Shown: piece by piece, positions 45,215-57,682 of the stretch
Position numbering within the stretch: position 1 is the first letter of the stretch
Layout: every line of letters starts with the position of its first letter
NCBI GenBank assembly: GCA_964016885.1
Contig: OZ024746.1
Coordinates: 22,816,001-22,880,000, forward strand
DNA from: Eledone cirrhosa
Lineage: Eukaryota
Reading direction: 5' to 3'
DNA: 64,000 nucleotides
Program-made: the position numbers and the translations under genes
Notes under the pieces: generated by a model
Database searches by the model: none
What the model saw: only the letters and a program-made list of their open reading frames with translations
Told to the model about the DNA's origin: nothing

Positions 45215-45219
<5 letters not shown>
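44821..45219 (-). mobile_element. Fold-back element: 144-bp perfect inverted arms, 73-bp spacer and 38-bp one-sided tail, between (TA)n tracts
   Basis: 44859-45002 is the reverse complement of 45076-45219; the tail is at 44821-44858. Confidence 0.9.
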
Positions 45220-45287
<68 letters not shown>

Positions 45288-46611
45288 CTTCAAACATTGA
45301 TCTTTTTATTTTCTTATGATTAATTCTCAGTCAGTTTTATGGTGTCCACTCACTTATTCGATCAACTAAATGTCCAGCTTGTTCAACTAACAAGTGGTTG
45401 AGTGTTCCACTGACACGTGTATTCTTAACGTGATTCCCAAGCTGAATTAGCGTGACATACATAATACGTGACACGTTTCGCTTTGAATTACATGTACTGT
45501 TTATCTTGTGTTATGGAGTAGTTGGCTCGGGATTCTACAGACACGTATACCTTTAACATAATTCCCGATTCAAATCAGCGTGACATGACTTCATCTTTGA
45601 CTTACAGATATAAAACATCCGACAACTCAGTTCCGTCAACTCAGATTCACTCACTGTGCACTCTAATGTATCATTTTAAAAGACAATATCGTGTGATTTG
45701 ACTGCGTATTTAGGACTATATTATTCGAGATAGAAAATATATATTATTTCAAGATAGAAAAGCCAGGATTTAAAATGTTTCTTTTATCCCTATTATAAGG
45801 AATCGATCGACAAGATCTCAGACCTCATTCGCTTACAGAGTGAGGTGGAACTCCTAATAATCGAACCAAGTAAACAAAAAATGTTTCTACTGGTCCTTCC
45901 ATTGAGGATACTATAAACCAGTGATAACTGCTGGCAGAAATAGCAACGCGAAATAAAGTGTCTTGCTGAATAACATAAACGCATCACCCGGTCCGGGAAC
46001 CGAACTCGCAACCACACGATTGTCAATCCACTTCTCTAACTCATAAGCCATTATAAGCCAAGTATAGACGCGATAATTTGACACACTTTGTATCTAAATT
46101 CGTTTTTCATTAGAAGTATTTATACATATTAACATAACATAACATAGAACCGTAGATAATTAGAAACAGAAAAATTATTTTTACTTCCATTTTTAGTCAA
46201 TAAATGAAACATAGGTATCAATGAGAAACACACCCTTGGTGTTTCTCTAGCGATGTTTTCATTCTTAGTTTACTTGTTTCCCACTTTGTCAGTTATGTAT
46301 ACATTTTATTACGAATTTTAATTTTAATTTCTATTTCTATTTTTCACATTTTGAAATTGTCTCTTGCTCTCCCGCGGCGCTGAGGCATACAATTTAGGAA
46401 CCACTGTAGAAGGGTGTCATTTGAGGGAATTTCGTTGCTATTTGTAGTAAGTGGTGTGACTGTGTAGAACCTCCCTCAATAACGCGTAGTGGTTCATATT
46501 CAATGTTTGTGAAAACAACTAAATTTTCCTACAAGATAGTATGTAGTACAGATATCTTTCTTTTTTTTTTTACAGACTGCCATCTAAATATCATTTAGAT
46601 GGCAGTCTGTA

Positions 46612-46727
46612 CCCTCATTACGCCTGCGAAAAGACCCCCACGGGGAGGAATGGGCTGATGCAGCGGGTATCGCTGGCTCTCCTATGCAGCAACACGTTCA
46701 GCATCTTGTCCACAGGACGAAGCTGAG
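46612..46727 (+). mobile_element. CRE-like LINE 3' coding end
   Basis: LMQRVSLALLCSNTFSILSTGRS*. A second copy at 47893-48000 reads LMQRISVALLRGNAFSILSTG. Confidence 0.6.
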
Positions 46728-46853
46728 ATATAACACCCAGGCAAAGGTGTAGAGCTTGCCCTATTCCCATTCCTGCCCACCTTTCCCTTCTTTTTTTATC
46801 GTTCTTATCGTATTTATCGTATTTTAATTTCTAATCGAATTACTTCAACCATA

Positions 46854-46946
<93 letters not shown>

Positions 46947-47030
46947 CGTTATTGATCTCTTTAATTAGTTTGATTCTGTTGTTTTCTCAGTTACAAACAC
47001 CTCGGGCTGATAGCATTCTTTCTTTATATC

Positions 47031-47237
47031 ATTACTGATGAAGAGCGGTGGATTGGCAGTATCGGTAGAGGGTCGGACGCCATGCTTTCCAGCATAGTTA
47101 CGTCCCTTTACGATCTGAGTTCAAATCCCGCCGAGGTTGACTTTGCCTTTCATCCTTACGGGGTCGATAAAATAAAGTACCAGTAATGCACTGGGTAATT
47201 GCTGGCCTTGTGCCTAAAGTAGAAACAATTACTGATG
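47031..47237 (+). mobile_element. Full-length SINE type A with 10-bp TSD
   Basis: ATTACTGATG at 47031-40 and 47228-37. Further copies at 27845, 40105 (-), 47365, 56330, 57722 and 59645. Confidence 0.9.
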
Positions 47238-48871
47238 TTGCACTGATTTAACTGAGTAGTGAGAACGATGGGGTTGCCGTGTGGTATTCGTCACGACCTT
47301 ATGCGCTTTGAGTTCAAATCCTACTTAACTCAAATGCTCGTTCAACAATCCTGTCAGTGGACTGTCAGTATCGGTAGAGGGTCGGACGCCATGCTTTCAA
47401 GCATAGTTACGTCCCTTTACGATCTGAGTTCAAATCCCGCCGAGGTTGACTTTGCCTTTCATCCTTACGGGGTCGATAAAATAAAGTACCAGTAATTCAC
47501 TGGGTAATTGCTGGCCTTGTGCCTAAAGTAGAAACAAGTATTTCTTCGGCTCTGTGTGTTCTTAGTTGACAAATACTATCTCATGCCCCCTGAAAAAATA
47601 AGGATGACATGATATGACTGGTGCCCATATCATTAAAACATCCAAGAAAAGTTCTATAAGATACAACCTCACAGGAGGCTGGTTAATCCTATTCAGGTGT
47701 GAGCCAAAACACCGCCATCCTCCACCTCCACCTCCTCATCATCATCATCAACAACAACTGGTGTTGTGCTATATCACTCTTAACGTTCTACCAATGACAC
47801 AGGACATCTGATTGTCAACAGATTATATGAGAGGACTGGCTTGCTATGATTATCTCTTTTTTGTACTGACTATCATCAAAATATCCATTGCACTCATTAC
47901 GCACGAGGAAAGAGCACTTTGTGGGGGAATGGGGCTGATGCAGCGGATATCGGTGGCTCTTCTACGCGGCAACGCATTCAGCATCTTGTCCACAGGAAAT
48001 ATCTTATGAGAGGCAGTCTTCTATTAGGTTGAGCAAAGCTTCTCAGGTGTAAACTGTAATAATAACAACAAACACAGCAACAAACATATTGCAGAGAAAA
48101 GTTCAATGTACAACTGTAAGCGATATGAACACTGGATAATCATTGAATGCTTTAGTAGCTTGCTACCTTCAGGTGAAACTCCTCTAATGAATAACAGACA
48201 AAAAAACAAAGCAATAAAAAATCCAGTTTAAATAATTAAATGTCTTGCTGCGATGGCTCAATTAGACAATACATTTCGACACACTTCTATCCACATTGAC
48301 AAATTCTAATACACACCAATTCTAAATGGTTAATGAAGCTTCTGAGAAAATTTGTAAACAAATCAAATTTTAGTGAAATAGAAATTTATTTTCAATTTTT
48401 AGTTTTCGCCTTTTTCCATTTTAAACGACACTCGAAATGTTTTTCGCTGATTAATTAAGTAAAGACGGAAAATACGTGAACCCTTCCTTGCATCGCAATT
48501 GTAGCGCACATCTCACAGCCATCTTGCATAAGAAAAGTAATAATATTCGTCAGGAAAATACGCAGCTTAGCAGAAGAAAAGAGATAACGGTAAAAAGATT
48601 TCGAATTCAAAAAACATATTTTTATTCTCTTAACTATATTTAAACAAATTTTTTTTTTTTTGTCCCTTAAACATTCAGTTTCGGACTATTCTGTTTTATA
48701 TAACTGCGTTCTATATTTTTCAATATTGTATTCATTAACCTCACGATCTTCTCAATATCAGAATATTTCTTCTCTTTTCGTTATCTCTCTAATTTTATAT
48801 CATTTCTGATTTTTGTGTTTCGCTTCGCTTTTCCTGCCCGCCGAAAATGCGATTCTCGCTGAATCTTTATT

Positions 48872-48908
<37 letters not shown>

Positions 48909-48916
<8 letters not shown>

Positions 48917-49189
48917 AGATCAAAAGATGGTTAAAGGAGTTCCATGTATTTTATTATGCGCATTTCAAAAACAAACATCATCATGCAATAATATTTGTGT
49001 TTTCATCAGATAAAACAAGAGAACATGATATGAAGGCTAAAAAACACTTGTACTATAATAAAATACATGAAACTCCTTTAACCATCTTTTGATCTTATAT
49101 TATGTATACTCCAGTCCTACAAACTGTAGAGTGCTTCTTATCCGATATCTGCATTGCTTTATTGTACTACAATAAAACTCACCTCCTAC
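48909..49189. mobile_element. Fold-back element (49-bp arms plus tail) between (TA)n tracts
   Basis: Arms at 48909-48957 and 49055-49103; tail at 49104-49189. Confidence 0.85.
48949..49015 (-). ncRNA. Type I hammerhead ribozyme motif
   Basis: Minus strand: UUUUAU CUGAUGA aaac-acaaauauua..ugauguuugu-uuuu GAAA UGCGCA U A AUAAAA. 6-bp helix I, ~13-bp helix II, helix III palindrome AUGCGCAU. Confidence 0.8.
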
Positions 49190-49213
49190 ATATATATATA
49201 TATATATATATAT

Positions 49214-49620
49214 AAATTGATGAGCAGAACAAACAAACATTAAACAATCCTTTAAATAAATTAAAAAATATTTTAAATATCTACCTGTTCATAATTCTAT
49301 TACCGGCGATTTCCATCCACAAAAGATTGGAAATTCAGAGAAAGGAAATAGCTATCTGATGAAATCTACTTTTCGTTGGAAATTCTCTGAATTTCCAATC
49401 TTTTGTGGATGGAAACCGCCGGTAATAGCATTATGAACAGGTAGATATTTAAATAATTTTTTAATTTATTTAAAGGATTGTTTAATGTTTGTTTGTTCTG
49501 CTCATCAATTTTTATAGTTCTGGTATCTCTAATTAGTACCATAGAACAACAATTGTATTATAGACACCCTATATATCTCAATGTGTACTTAGTACTCAGT
49601 GAGATATTTACCTCATTTAT
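49214..49620 (+). mobile_element. Fold-back element (129-bp arms plus tail) after (TA)n
   Basis: 49214-49342 pairs with 49383-49511; the tail runs to the microsatellite at ~49620. Confidence 0.85.
49351..49429 (+). ncRNA. Type I hammerhead ribozyme motif with extended helix II
   Basis: GCUAU CUGAUGA a-aucuac..uuggaaauu-cucug-aauuuccaa..guggau-g GAAA CC-GCC-GG U A AUAGC; GUA triplet. Confidence 0.8.
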
Positions 49621-49836
49621 GTATATATATATATATATATATACTCACACACACGTACACATATATCTATATACACACACATACACATATATATATACAC
49701 ACACATACACCTACATATATATACACACACACATATATATATATACACACACACATATACATATACACACACATATATAAATATACACACACATATATAT
49801 ATACACACATGCATATATATATACACACACGCATAC

Positions 49837-49867
<31 letters not shown>

Positions 49868-49954
49868 TATATATATACACACACACATACATATATGTAC
49901 ATACATACATACCTACATACATATATGTACATACATACCTACATACATACCTAT

Positions 49955-50825
49955 ATGGTGGCTGCCAACTCGTTTTCGAGTACGGCCACTACTTTATATC
50001 CATGTAGGAGAACCCCCACCGATGCGCTGAACAAGTGTGACTTTTTAGTCCAGCCAGCGACTTGAAAACTCTTGTACAAACACTACACTTGTGACAATTA
50101 TTGACACATAGTGCTGGGCCCATGGTACCATGTGACGACAAGTGCAGAGAGATCTCCAGATATAAAGCAATGCCTGTGCCGTGAAGCTTTTATAGTGAGC
50201 AAAGGCACTGCACAAAGCCAGTCCCACTCTCTTAACCAAGATGATATTTACCAAAAAGAAGAACAAGTCAACATCATTGGATACCATCAGGGTTGCAGGT
50301 GTTATATCAGAGTTTTCCTTCTCCTAGAATTCTGCCTTGACAAAGGCTAAGGGGTCATCTCTCCCGGTGATTTTGGATGGCCATTGACTTTTAAGAGCTC
50401 CTTTGCCCTTTGACAGGTTTTGTTTTTAGTCCTGCAGGATGTCCAAAGTCACCCTCCTCACCAAGAAACCTTGGTGGGGTTGCCAGTTTAGTCTCCAACG
50501 ACCCGACCATGAGACAGGTTGTACTGGGATACATGTTACCAGTAGCACCAACTGGTGACCTGACATAAATGTACATACATACATACCTACATACATACCT
50601 ATATGGTGGCTGCCAACTCGTTTTCAAGTACGGCCACTACTTTATATCCATGTAGGAGAACCCCTACCGATACGCTGAACAAGTGTGACTTGTTAGTCCA
50701 GCCAGAGACTTGAAAACTCTTGTACAAACACTACACCTGTGACAATTATTGACACATAGTGCTGGGCCAATGGTACCATGTGACGACAAGTGCAGAGAGA
50801 TCTCCAGATATAAAGCAATGCCTGT
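49955..50825. mobile_element. (TACA)n-associated element: one ~615-bp copy plus a tandem partial copy
   Basis: 49955-50570 and 50603-50825 are separated by (TACA/TACC)n and are homologous to 5896-6270. Confidence 0.8.
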
Positions 50826-50935
50826 AGAAGCTCTTCTATATTAAAACTTTTATACTCTGCTATGTATTGAGTACCTTATTTACTGTGGTTACCTCCGATT
50901 CAACCCGGAATAGCTTATATATATATATATATATG

Positions 50936-51290
50936 TTATACTTTGGGAGGGTCACGCTGCCAATAAAAACACACATGCACATGGTTTTCACTACAATTTA
51001 TTACAAATTTCCAGTCGGTTGCTTTAATAACCGGAGTGTTGTTTATTTATTGTCAAAGATCTTTCGTCACACATTATGTGGCCTCCTCAGTGACTAATTT
51101 GTTATTTTGTGCGTCTCTCCTATAACAAATTAGTCACTGAGGAGGCCACAGAATGTGTGACGAAGATCTTTGACAGTAAATAAACAACCCTCCGGTTATG
51201 AAACAAACCGACTGGAAATTTGTAATAAATTGTAGTGAAAACCATGTGTATGTGTGTTTTTATTGGCAGCATGACCCTCCCCAAAAATAA
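50936..51290. mobile_element. Fold-back element (~170-bp arms, 16-bp loop) with a hammerhead in each arm
   Basis: 50936-51105 pairs with 51122-51290. The same terminus (TTGGCAACATGACCCTCCCAAAGTATAAC) occurs alone in (TA)n at 21555-21583. Confidence 0.85.
51052..51094 (-). ncRNA. Minimal type I hammerhead ribozyme motif
   Basis: Minus strand: GUCA CUGAGGA ggccaca-uaa-ugugugac GAAA GAUC U U UGAC; helix III palindrome AGAUCU. The plus copy at 51133-51174 lacks one A of GAAA. Confidence 0.75.
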
Positions 51291-51499
51291 TAATATCTGT
51301 TTCAACACTCTTCTTCAGATAAGAAATCTTGCAAAAGAAATACAAAAACGAAATTACATTCTATATATATATATATGTAAGAATATTTTCGTCAATACTC
51401 ATCTTTTTCCATTTCTCCGAGGGTTCTTAACCCCACTATCAGGCTAAATAATTTATTTAATTTCTTTAGTCAAAATACGGTGATAGCTTACATTTCTAA

Positions 51500-52446
51500 T
51501 CTATATATATAAAACTGTGGTTGTCTGTCTGTCTATCGATTTTTGGCACACATCTCCTCTTAGAATCTCTGACGGAATTGCACCGAAATTGCTATACTTG
51601 TACATTGAGCCCTAGCGAAGACATCGGAAAAAAATATTTCAAATTGACCCACCCTATGTGACGAAATCGAATATAATGTATCGATTTTTGAGCGTAAGTT
51701 ATCAGTTATTTCCCTTTGTTCTGTTTACATTGAGCGTCTTACGTAAAAAATTACGCTGGCTTTCTCAGCGTTTAAAATGACATTAACACAGTACACGAAC
51801 AGTTGTCGAGCCAGCAAAATATTGACCTGCAAAATTCATCAGTTCGAACAGTAAGCTTCCGTTTTGCTTCATTTCCATTTAAAAGCATTTTAAAACAATA
51901 TTTTTACTTGAAAACAAGTCTATTTAAAGACTACGTAAAACAAGCAAATATTTCGTCGTTAGGCGTGCAGACAGACAGTCGTGCAGACAGACAGTCGTGC
52001 AGAGAGGTGATATACGCGTGCAGACAGATAGTCGTGCAGAGAGGTGATATAGGCGTGCAGACAGACAGTCGTGCGGAGAGGTGATATAGGCGTGCAGACA
52101 GACAGTCGTGCAGAGAGGTGATATAGGCGTGCAGACAGACATAACTGATAATTTGGTTACGCTAATGTTTTTCTCTGCGTTGCAGTGTTTACATTTTCGA
52201 TCTTTGTTAATAAATAACCAGTGCAGTTTCTATCCCCAGCATCCTCTTTTGTTATAACATTCGGGTTATCGTTATGTTTTCTTAACTTCATAAGGCATAT
52301 TGTTGGTTGAGGGAATATTAATCAAAAACACCACATGCAAGTCTGCACAGTAGACACTACAGTTTTTAAGCCAAGAAAGAAACTTAACATTGTAACTTTA
52401 ACACAGCTACTGAGCGACCCCGAGCAACGCCGGGCTTTACTGCTAG
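51500..52446 (+). mobile_element. Non-autonomous Helitron
   Basis: A|TCTATATATATAAA 5' end, subterminal GC hairpin CCCGAGCAACGCCGGG, 3' CTAG|T, no TSD. Confidence 0.75.
51961..52140. repeat. 37-bp minisatellite inside the Helitron
   Basis: AGGCGTGCAGACAGACAGTCGTGCAGAGAGGTGATAT at 52051 and 52088, partial at 52125. Confidence 0.9.
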
Positions 52447-52512
<66 letters not shown>

Positions 52513-52602
52513 AATGATTCTATGGACATACTTTATTGTATATTGCTCTGAATATTTAATTAATTAATTCGTCATTGAGCCACATCGTGAACGGTTGCCA
52601 AA

Positions 52603-52662
<60 letters not shown>

Positions 52663-52665
<3 letters not shown>

Positions 52666-52950
52666 CTTTGTCTAGTTTGTGTATATGTAAATCTTTATAT
52701 TTGATAATCTCCCATAAGGTTGAGATGCAATTTAGGCAATATTAGGCTGCGCCGTAAGGCACCAATCACATTCTTTCTAACTTGACCACTGCCAAGTCAC
52801 AGTTCTTAGCCATTTTGAATTCGTTTCTGGCGGGGATCATTTAAGAATAATCTTCGTCCAAGTGAGTTTGTTTCGAAGCTCGTGAATTTATCCTTGATCG
52901 GATATTTCCAAAAGCGAAAGAAACCCCATGGGGTAGAAACGTAATCTTGG
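52663..52950 (+). pseudogene. Possible highly decayed PLE endonuclease C-terminus followed by a degenerate hammerhead
   Basis: TLSS..AAP*..SNLT..NLRPSEFVSK weakly resembles T.LS..a.pY..CNLC..LN.RSE.VSKC. It is followed by ACCCC-AT-GGGGT-A-GAAA-CG-TA. Confidence 0.3.
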
Positions 52951-53230
52951 CATGTTTACATACATTTTTTCTTCTAACTTTAATTTTATACCTAATTGTG
53001 TATGGTTGACGATATATTTAATCGATTTCCACGTGCTATTGAAATGCTGGGTAAATATTCTATAGCTGTTGATCGCGAATAGATGGCTGTCGTTTATTTA
53101 TCTATTATTTCTTCATAGGTGCTTTTTAATCTTATAGCCTGGTTTAATTGGTTTTTTGTGTGGTTGATTATGCTGATTGGGAGAGGAGATGGTGTGTATA
53201 TCGTATCAAATGATTCTATGGACATACGTT

Positions 53231-53261
<31 letters not shown>

Positions 53262-56200
53262 AATGTAATTTCGTCTTTGTACTTTTTCAAGATTTCTTAT
53301 CTGAAGAAGAGTGTTGAAACAGATATTATAAATATATATATATATGTTTGTGTGTGTGTGGGGGGGGGTGTATATAATGCATGTACAGGTGTGGTTATTT
53401 ATATAATCCTTTGTTCATAACTTATATTATTTCCTTTTATTCACATGGTTTCCCTATAGCTTCTAATAATACACCATCTCCTTTAAATTTATCTTACGCT
53501 CTAAAGTTCATATTCTAAATATGTAGTAAGCAGTCACCATTAATTATGATTTTGAATTTAAGCATAAGGCCAGCAGTTTGGGGAGAGGGCAACGTCGCTT
53601 ATATCAATCCCTGTACTTGACTGGTACTTCTTTTATCAGCCTAGGAATAGCTTACACACATTGTCACATCAAATTTTCATGAGAACTACGTGAGGGCTAC
53701 ACGTGTCTGTGGAATGATTTGCGACATGAACGTTAATCTCATAAGCAGGCTGTTCCTTTGTTTGAACAACTGGAACTCTTGGCGTCGGAACCGACGAAGG
53801 TCTACCATACATGTGCATACTCATAAACACACACACACAGACACACTCACACATTCACAAACACACTCAGATTCATACGCACTCACAAACACACACATTC
53901 CCGGAAAATAAGTGAAATACTCCAGATGTATGTATCCAAGGAAGATATTTCCAACCAAAATATGCTAATAACATCTATATTTTAGAAAACTTATTCAATA
54001 GCTTAAATAAGTTGAATATCTCCTGTGTTGGAGAAGGATAGTATTTATTTATTCACAGACGGTGGACTGGCAGACTGGTTAGAACGAGGGTTAGGGTTAA
54101 ATGGGCACTGAGTTCAAATTCTACTAAGGTCAACTTTGCTTTTCCTACTTCCGAAGTCGATAAGTAAAGTACCAATGGAGGTGTGGTAGATTGGTGGAAG
54201 TGTTAGATAGTCAAACAGTTGGCTTTGCACATATGATCCGGCTCTGCGAGTTTTGAGTTCAAATCGCGCCTCTCTCTGTCAGGAATTGCGACCGGCTGAG
54301 AGTTTCAGTAAAGGAAACAAATACAGACCAATGTAAACATTGTTTCTTTGGTCTGATCTGACGTTCAGTGTTTTTTTTTTGGGGGGGGGGGGGGGTAGCA
54401 ATAATCTTCGCGGGCTTACTAAGTTCAGTAGGAGAGGCGTTGTTAACGTCCCTCTTGAGTAGTATGTCGACAACTACAAGGAGGGATTTAAGAAGGGGGG
54501 GAGGACATTCTGGGGTTGGAAGACTGAATTTAGTGATTTGTGCGAAGATCCTGGGTGGTTGCAGTATGAGTCAGGAGGAATTGAAGTGAATGAAATGGGG
54601 GAACGTTAGTGGAGGTGACACGAGAAAAACTAGATCTGAGGAGCAGAATCCACTGTAATAGTGGTGATAAAGGAAGATTTGAACTCAGAGCGGAACAAAT
54701 ACTATAAAGTATTCTATCCAACTCTCAAACAACTCCGCCAATTCGCCAGCTACATATGTGTCCACTTATGTACAAATACGTACAAATGGGGCTGTTAAAG
54801 GTTAAAGTATTTAGCATCTCATTAGACCAGAGCTTATCTTGGTTTCATTGGATGATAAGCAACTGAGATTACATGATTTACCCCTGGACAGGATGCCAGT
54901 CTGTCATAAGTACAATCCTTAGATCCTGATGCTAAATGATTTTTAGCTGAAACAAAATGGAATGAAGTGTCTTACTTAAGAATCCTACGCATCGATCGAT
55001 CCAGGAATGAACTCATGGCTATACGATCTTAAGTTCAACACTCTAATCATTATGCTACGTGCATAAGATAGACATCATTTTAGCATTAGAGAAATATCAA
55101 CCTCTGCTTTTGAGTAAAGAATTTGTTGTTAGAAAAATACTAGAAAATAGAGCCTTGTAATTAGTTACAGATCTGAGCTACGTAAACATCTTAAAAACAA
55201 AAGAAATGAAATAATGTTTATATTAATGCTTTAGTCAGTCAAGATACATTACCTTATAACATCGTATGGAATTGTCATTCCGGTGTGCAATTGTAGAAGG
55301 AAATGAAATAACACAGTATTATCCATCACCCCAACCCACCCCATTCGCCCCGCCACCCCCATAACTCCGAGACTTAAGAATGAAATTAATTGCGAGAATA
55401 TAGAATTAATCCAATCACATGCAGAGAACAATGTCAACAAAACTGAACACAATAAACAGATTTACCGATGTTTTCTTCTAATTCCTGCCATAGATGTATT
55501 GATATTACCAGTTAATTAAAACCGTTTTGTTTAAAATGTCTTCTTATCATTGTTGTCATTGTCGGTGCTAGGTTTGTCTTTTCTTCAGTGAATAGGGATT
55601 AGTGTATTGAATTGCAAAGCTTCACGAAACGAATTATCACGTGAACAATTTCTAATATATCTAATTCAGACATCTACTCCGTATTTCAACACAAAACATT
55701 CTGAGAATTCTCAATGATTGTTCCTTTCATCAACATAGAACTTGGAATATTTAAGGGAAGGGGTACGGGAAAGGTTGTGCCATTCATATTTTCTTCCCCA
55801 AAATATAAGTGCATATTAGATTCAGGCATTTATTCCGTATTTCATAACGTTTCCAGAATTCTTAAACAATTTTCTTTTCATAGACAAAATGCTTAAAGGG
55901 TATACTATTCATAATTTCTGCCCCGGGATCTAAGTGCCACTGCCTTAATACTTAAATGAAGTCATGAAGTTGTAATGTAATTAGTTGAGTAATGGCGTCG
56001 TTTGTGAATCGATGAAACCGATATTTAACTCAAACCCAACACTATATATTTACAGACAGCTGCGAGATTTTACGACACCCATACTTTTCTTACGAGCGTT
56101 AATGATATAAGTAAAGAGGGGCGATTCCCTTGTTCTATGATAGAAAACTGCATGTCTTATCGTATTTGTCTAAAAACCTATCATAATTTTATATAAGAAT

Positions 56201-57361
56201 CTTTGTGAAGTCACGCTCCAAACACCAGCTTAATGACATGAAATCTAAAGCAAGTAACGTACATTTCCCTTCCTTCCAAATTGCTGGTGATGTGCCAAAA
56301 GTAGAGTCAATTATTAAATCCACACAAGGGTGATGGATTAGCAGTATTGGTAGAGCATCGGACAACATTCTTTGCGGCATATAGATACGACCCTTTATAT
56401 TCTGAGTTCAAATCCCACCGAGATTAACTGTACCTTTCACCCAGAGTCGATAAAATAAAAAGCTAGTAATGCACTGGGGTCGATTTAATCGACTTTCCTC
56501 TCCTCCCAAATTGTTGGCATTTAAATGCTCTGTGTACACGGATTCGTGCTACACCTTCGATTCGTTTACTCCTGTTTAATTCCTGATACCATAAACGTTA
56601 AACCTTTGATCAATAAATTCGTTTACTTTACTTACTGTTGAACGAAATTGAGCATGAAAATTACTGTCGTAACTTCACACACTTGATTTTTTAAACTTTT
56701 TTTCCTTGATATCTAGCGATAGAAATGGTTTAAAGAAACGTTATTTTACTACAGAACATAGTGTTGTATAGTGTTGCTTTGAAAATAGAGTAAAGCACAC
56801 AGGGGTGTAATTTGAAAATGATGTTAATGAGAACAAACTTGAGGTTTTACCTTATTACTTTTACACCAAGGTAACTTTAGTACACATTACTGTCAGAAAT
56901 TCCTGTCTCACCTTCTCTACACCTTTTATTGGGCATCTGGCACCACCTGTATGCCAATTTATTTACACTTTGCAATTGATCATAGCTGTTTTCATATCGG
57001 GAGGGGGGAGGGCATAACAACTTTTGAGATGTGGAGGTGAGACATGGTGCACAAAAGGTTGGGAAACTCTCGTACCGTTTTTCAGGATTTAAAGATACAT
57101 GATTTCAAAGAGGTAGGAGCGATTTAAAGAATTATTATTTCAAAATCTGACAAAACACGGGAGCCCAGCTCTACAGCTAGTCATGTAGCCGCTTGGGGTC
57201 CAGACTATAACTACGGGAAGGCAAGTTGGTAAGAACCGGTCCGTATTTTTGTGTACGCTCCAATTCGATATGTAAAACAATACATCTGTTAGTCACTTAT
57301 TCCATCAGTTAAATACATAGATAGCGAAACACGATAAAATAGTTTAACAGATAGTATAGAT

Positions 57362-57682
57362 TAGGGGTGTGCAACATAGTCCATTTACGGGCCACTTTTG
57401 AACATTGGAACAACTATTAGGGCCATTAATATTTATTAAGCACTATTCCAAAGATTTACCGCAACTTCTTTCCATAATATGGAACTGGGAAATTATAACA
57501 CACATAACCCTTTCAGTGAAGCCCTTTAGTATAGGTCAACTAACAGAAAATTGTATTACGGTTACGAAAAAAATTCTAAATAAGTCTACAAGGTAAAAAT
57601 TAAAAAAAACTTTCACCGTGGGCCACTCTGACTGGTCTGGCGGGCCGGATTGTGACCACGGACCGCCTGTTGCACGCCCCTG
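57362..57682. mobile_element. hAT (Charlie-like) MITE
   Basis: TIRs TAGGGGTGTGCAAC / GTTGCACGCCCCTG, subterminal GGGCCR motifs, and 8-bp flanks GTATAGAT/GTTTAGTT. Confidence 0.7.

Noticed and set aside
47030-47050. Other CTGATGA/CTGAAGA hits (47035, 24534, 33100, 57903, 57980, 15870)
   Set aside because: No properly placed GAAA with helices I-III was found. The 47035 hit is just a TSD/SINE junction.
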